A program made the position numbers and the translations under genes. 64,000 nucleotides of DNA from Candidatus Latescibacterota bacterium (GTDB lineage: Bacteria > Latescibacterota > UBA2968 > UBA8231), in the NCBI GenBank assembly GCA_965243025.1, contig CBDETY010000003.1, positions 1,248,001 through 1,312,000 of the forward strand. The letters run 5' to 3'. Positions 60,914-64,000 of the stretch are shown piece after piece. Below the pieces are notes generated by a model. The model was not told the DNA's origin, ran no database searches, and saw nothing but the letters and a program-made list of their open reading frames with translations. How positions within the stretch are numbered: position 1 is the stretch's first letter; each line of letters begins with the position of its first letter.

Positions 60914-62000
60914 CTAGTGTCCCGTCGCATTAATTCGTTCACAAATCTCTTGATCTTAGCGAGGATGGAATCAGCCGTGGCCGTCCATACGAAGGGGTGG
61001 GCCTTTTGGTTCCAATGGTCTGTGAAGTGCTCAATGCGACGGATCCATTCCTTCACCTTCCTGAAGGAGCCGCGTGGAATCGCCCGCCGCGTGAGGATGC
61101 CGAACCAGATCTCCACCTGGTTTAGCCAGCACGCATAGGTCGGGGTGAAATGGAGGTGGAAGCGGGGGTGTCGAGCCAGCCACTGCTTTACTTTGGCGTG
61201 TTTGTGGGTAGCGTAGTTATCGACTACCAGATGAAGGTCCAGATCCGCCGGCACCTGGTCCTCGATGTGGCGCAGAAACTGGAGAAATTCCTGATGCCGA
61301 TGGCGGGGCTTGCACTGCGCCATGACCTCTCCGCTCTCGATGTCGAGCGCCGCAAACAGGGTGGTCGTGCCATGGCGCTTGTAGTCGTGGGTTACCCCTT
61401 CCACATAGCCCAGACCCAAAGGCAGCAACGGCTGGCTGCGCTCCAGGGCCTGGATCTGGCTCTTCTCGTCTACGCACAACACCAGGGCGTGCTCGGGAGG
61501 GTTCAGATACAGACCGACGATGTCGCGCACTTTCTCCACGAAGAACGGATCGGTGGACAGTTTGAAGGTCTTCTGCCGATGGGGCTGTAAGCCGAAGGTG
61601 CGCCAGATGCGATGCACCGTGTCCTTGGACATCCCCGACGCGGCCGCCATGGAGCGCACCGTCCACTGGGTCTGGTGTTCGGGCTTCTCGTTGAGCGTCT
61701 TGTATACGACCGCCGCCACCTGCTCGTCATCAATGGAGCGGGGCGTCCCCGGACGCAGCCGTCATACAGGCCCATGAGACCTTGCTCCACAAAGCGCTTG
61801 CGCCACTTTCCAACGGTCGCCGGCGAGGTGGACAACCTGCGGGCAATGGCTTGGTTGGGCCACCCGTCGGCGGCCAGCAGAACAATCTCTGCACGACGGA
61901 CGAGACCGTGGGGCGTAGAGCGTGAGCTGGCTAGAGATTGCAATTGCTTTCGAGTCGATTCACTCAATTCGAACGGAGCCAACGGGCGTCCGGATCGCAT
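60914..62000 (-). pseudogene. IS630 transposase with frameshifts near 61762 and 60945
   Basis: HTH N-terminus, CVDEKSQIQAL, HDYKRHGT, VDNYATH, WLNQVEIWF; shifted end CERINATGH* uses the target TA. Confidence 0.9.
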
Positions 62001-62082
62001 CGTGTCTCTCCTTTGGAAAAGGTCCTTGGAGAAGGATACCTACGACGCGGGTATTATGCTAGTAATTTCTGAGACTATACAC
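60917..62082 (-). mobile_element. IS630-family insertion sequence
   Basis: TA duplication at 60915-16 and 62083-84 (CTAG target); imperfect GTGT...GTC.CA..AATT ends. Confidence 0.9.
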
Positions 62083-62149
62083 TAGTACCACCTACCCATG
62101 GCCTATAGCATCACGGGGATAGAACTGCAAAATGGCTCCCCCCGGACTT

Positions 62150-63256
62150 CTAGGACGAATCAACAATTCTGACTTGTAGGTTATTGCGACGTTCTGCGTT
62201 TGAAATGGTAGCTACGGTCGCCGAAAGTTGCCCCAGATCGAGAGCCCACCGATCCCCTGTCCCGGAGCTGTAGGGTGGCTTGAAGCCCTTGGGAGAAGGA
62301 TACTCAACCTGTATGTCAGGGTACAATGCCTTCGCGAAGTAGCAGCCGATAGCCTGCAATTTACTGCCGGCGGGGGCCAACAAGATTCGGTGGTTAACAG
62401 ACAAATCCCAGTACAAGCGGGAGACAACTTCCACCGTCTCCCGATAGTCCAACGTGGAGACAACACGCTTTGGTAGTACGGCATTGTGTGTGCCCGAAAC
62501 TACTGGATTATCACCCTCCCACTCTCGTCGAACTTGGTCATGAATCCAGGCGGTAGCCTCCTCACGCCACCTATGGTAGGGAGGTCGACTGTTGATCAGA
62601 AGAAGCCGGCTTGGGTAGACCGTATTCAGGAGAACCTGGGTGAGGGCATCATTGAACGACATGAACACGATCGCCGCGGTCGGCTGCCCCTGCATTGCGA
62701 CACTGGACAGAGAATCAACTCGCACCACACCATGGACCCCGGTAAAAACCGAAACGCTAGGCTGATGAAGCCTCCCCCTCCTCTTCGCGTCCTCGAACTC
62801 CTCTTGGTTGGGCCCATACGCCTCAGCCTCAGCGTACACGATAAATACCTCAACCTGCAATCTGCAACAAACGTTCAAGACAAGGATAATCGCTAGCTTG
62901 GACATAGTTGACACGTCAAGAATCACCCTCCGGGCCCGGCTTCCCTGCAACTTGGCATGCAGACGCGTCTCGAAATCTCCTGGTTCGAAACGGTTGTACT
63001 GAAGGACATCACTGTCTGTAATGGCAACGCCCCGTGCGGCAAGTCGGCCTCGCACCTCCACCAGTCGGTTTCTAGGGTCCTTCGGAACGTAGTCTAACAG
63101 AATCCCCTTCGCGTTCCTTGCGCTGTCCCCGAACATCTCAGGAATTGCCAGCGCTCGATCCTCGAATCCGGGGGCATGAACCAGAACATCCCCATCAAAG
63201 CACTCAACGCTCTTGCATGCCTGAAGGGGGGGCAACAAATCAGCAATTCTGTTCAT
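62150..63256 (-). CDS. Hypothetical protein, probable tandem CARF-like Rossmann folds (ORC/CDC6-associated type)
   Basis: GFEDRA, ILDVSTMSK, YAEAEAY, LAPAGSKLQAIG; GGAGG upstream; lower GC. Confidence 0.6.
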   Translation of the reverse strand: MNRIADLLPPLQACKSVECFDGDVLVHAPGFEDRALAIPEMFGDSARNAKGILLDYVPKDPRNRLVEVRGRLAARGVAITDSDVLQYNRFEPGDFETRLHAKLQGSRARRVILDVSTMSKLAIILVLNVCCRLQVEVFIVYAEAEAYGPNQEEFEDAKRRGRLHQPSVSVFTGVHGVVRVDSLSSVAMQGQPTAAIVFMSFNDALTQVLLNTVYPSRLLLINSRPPYHRWREEATAWIHDQVRREWEGDNPVVSGTHNAVLPKRVVSTLDYRETVEVVSRLYWDLSVNHRILLAPAGSKLQAIGCYFAKALYPDIQVEYPSPKGFKPPYSSGTGDRWALDLGQLSATVATISNAERRNNLQVRIVDSS

Positions 63257-63307
63257 CGCGCTCTCTCATCTGGTAATTCTCACGGACACACCACCTCCTT
63301 CAATGCT

Positions 63308-64000
63308 CTATAATCCCTCTCCGTCAGCCCCTTCTTGCAGGTCATCGTATGCGGCATCATGCTCACTCGCCTGCAGGAAGGGCATCACCAACTGGCTTTC
63401 GGGAGTACTAGAGTCCGAACGCCTACTGAAGATGGCATCTTTGAATCGGTCCGGCTCCAACAACAGTTTGATGAAGTCGTCACACTTCAGTTGAACGCTG
63501 TCACGCTTGGACAAAGCAAGCGAACAAAAGGGGAGCAAGAGCCGCCGCAAATACAGGCGGGGGACGAAGGCTCCACGGACACTCTTCCCCCTACTGTCGC
63601 GCATAAAAAGGCCGTACCTCACCAAGTCCACATATACCTCTTGTGCAAGTCCACTAATGCGAAAGTCATCGACGATTTCCATTCGAAACGCCATCCGGGG
63701 CACCTCTCTGTCCAAGGAGCCCTCGGAGATTTGGTATGTGGGCCCGAGCAATAGTTCTCTGGCCGCCGCGACGAAGGCCTCGACAACAGCTTTGAGATGC
63801 TCGCCGTAGGCACCGGCCAGCTGGAAATCGGCCTTGTCCTGCTGGAGAGCTGCTAATGTGTGCTCAACGCGGTTCGGATTGGTCGGTTCGTTGCGAGTTT
63901 GGGAGTCAAGCCACTGGCCTCCACGATTACGGAAGATTCGATCCTGAGTCTCGTCCGGGACAGGTAGGTCAACCTGGGAGGTCTGCTCGTTGTTCGTCTT
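63308..64000 (-). CDS. C-terminal part of a large protein, probably an ORC/CDC6-like AAA ATPase (runs off window)
   Basis: Open frame to window edge; PVP.ETQD.IFR...GEHL..VV.AF...LYLRRLLLP...KR...L...F..LL; ATPase motifs not visible. Confidence 0.55.
   Translation of the reverse strand, partial: KTNNEQTSQVDLPVPDETQDRIFRNRGGQWLDSQTRNEPTNPNRVEHTLAALQQDKADFQLAGAYGEHLKAVVEAFVAAARELLLGPTYQISEGSLDREVPRMAFRMEIVDDFRISGLAQEVYVDLVRYGLFMRDSRGKSVRGAFVPRLYLRRLLLPFCSLALSKRDSVQLKCDDFIKLLLEPDRFKDAIFSRRSDSSTPESQLVMPFLQASEHDAAYDDLQEGADGEGL

Overview
GC-rich Gram-negative bacterial chromosome segment. Five PhyH dioxygenases, secreted proteins with FlgD/T9SS-like C-termini and short 'TAVExxSWxxIK' tails suggest an FCB-group organism such as Latescibacterota (inference). 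In order: pstSCA operon with a Pho-box-like repeat, secreted proteins, a porin, tpx, a metal TonB-receptor operon led by a DUF2946-like RAPP ORF, a glycosyltransferase/MMPL envelope cluster, tandem Rieske-domain paralogs, fbp, a lactonase, oxidoreductases and an MFS transporter. The clearest mobile feature is a 6,004-bp IS1595-family cargo element (24-bp TIRs, 8-bp target duplication CACTTTTA) that splits the MMPL gene and carries about ten mostly unknown passenger ORFs plus two highly structured non-coding blocks. From about 56.7 kb an accessory island truncates a beta-galactosidase. It holds a second IS1595 transposase, pseudogenes, an IS630 and a probable anti-phage module (ORC/CDC6-like ATPase end, CARF-like protein, Mrr-like nuclease) that runs off the window. 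A 162-bp palindromic MITE has IS630-like ends. Many genes have single-base frameshifts in G/C runs, probably sequencing error. All family calls are by-eye motif recognition; no database was searched. No tRNA, rRNA or CRISPR array was seen.
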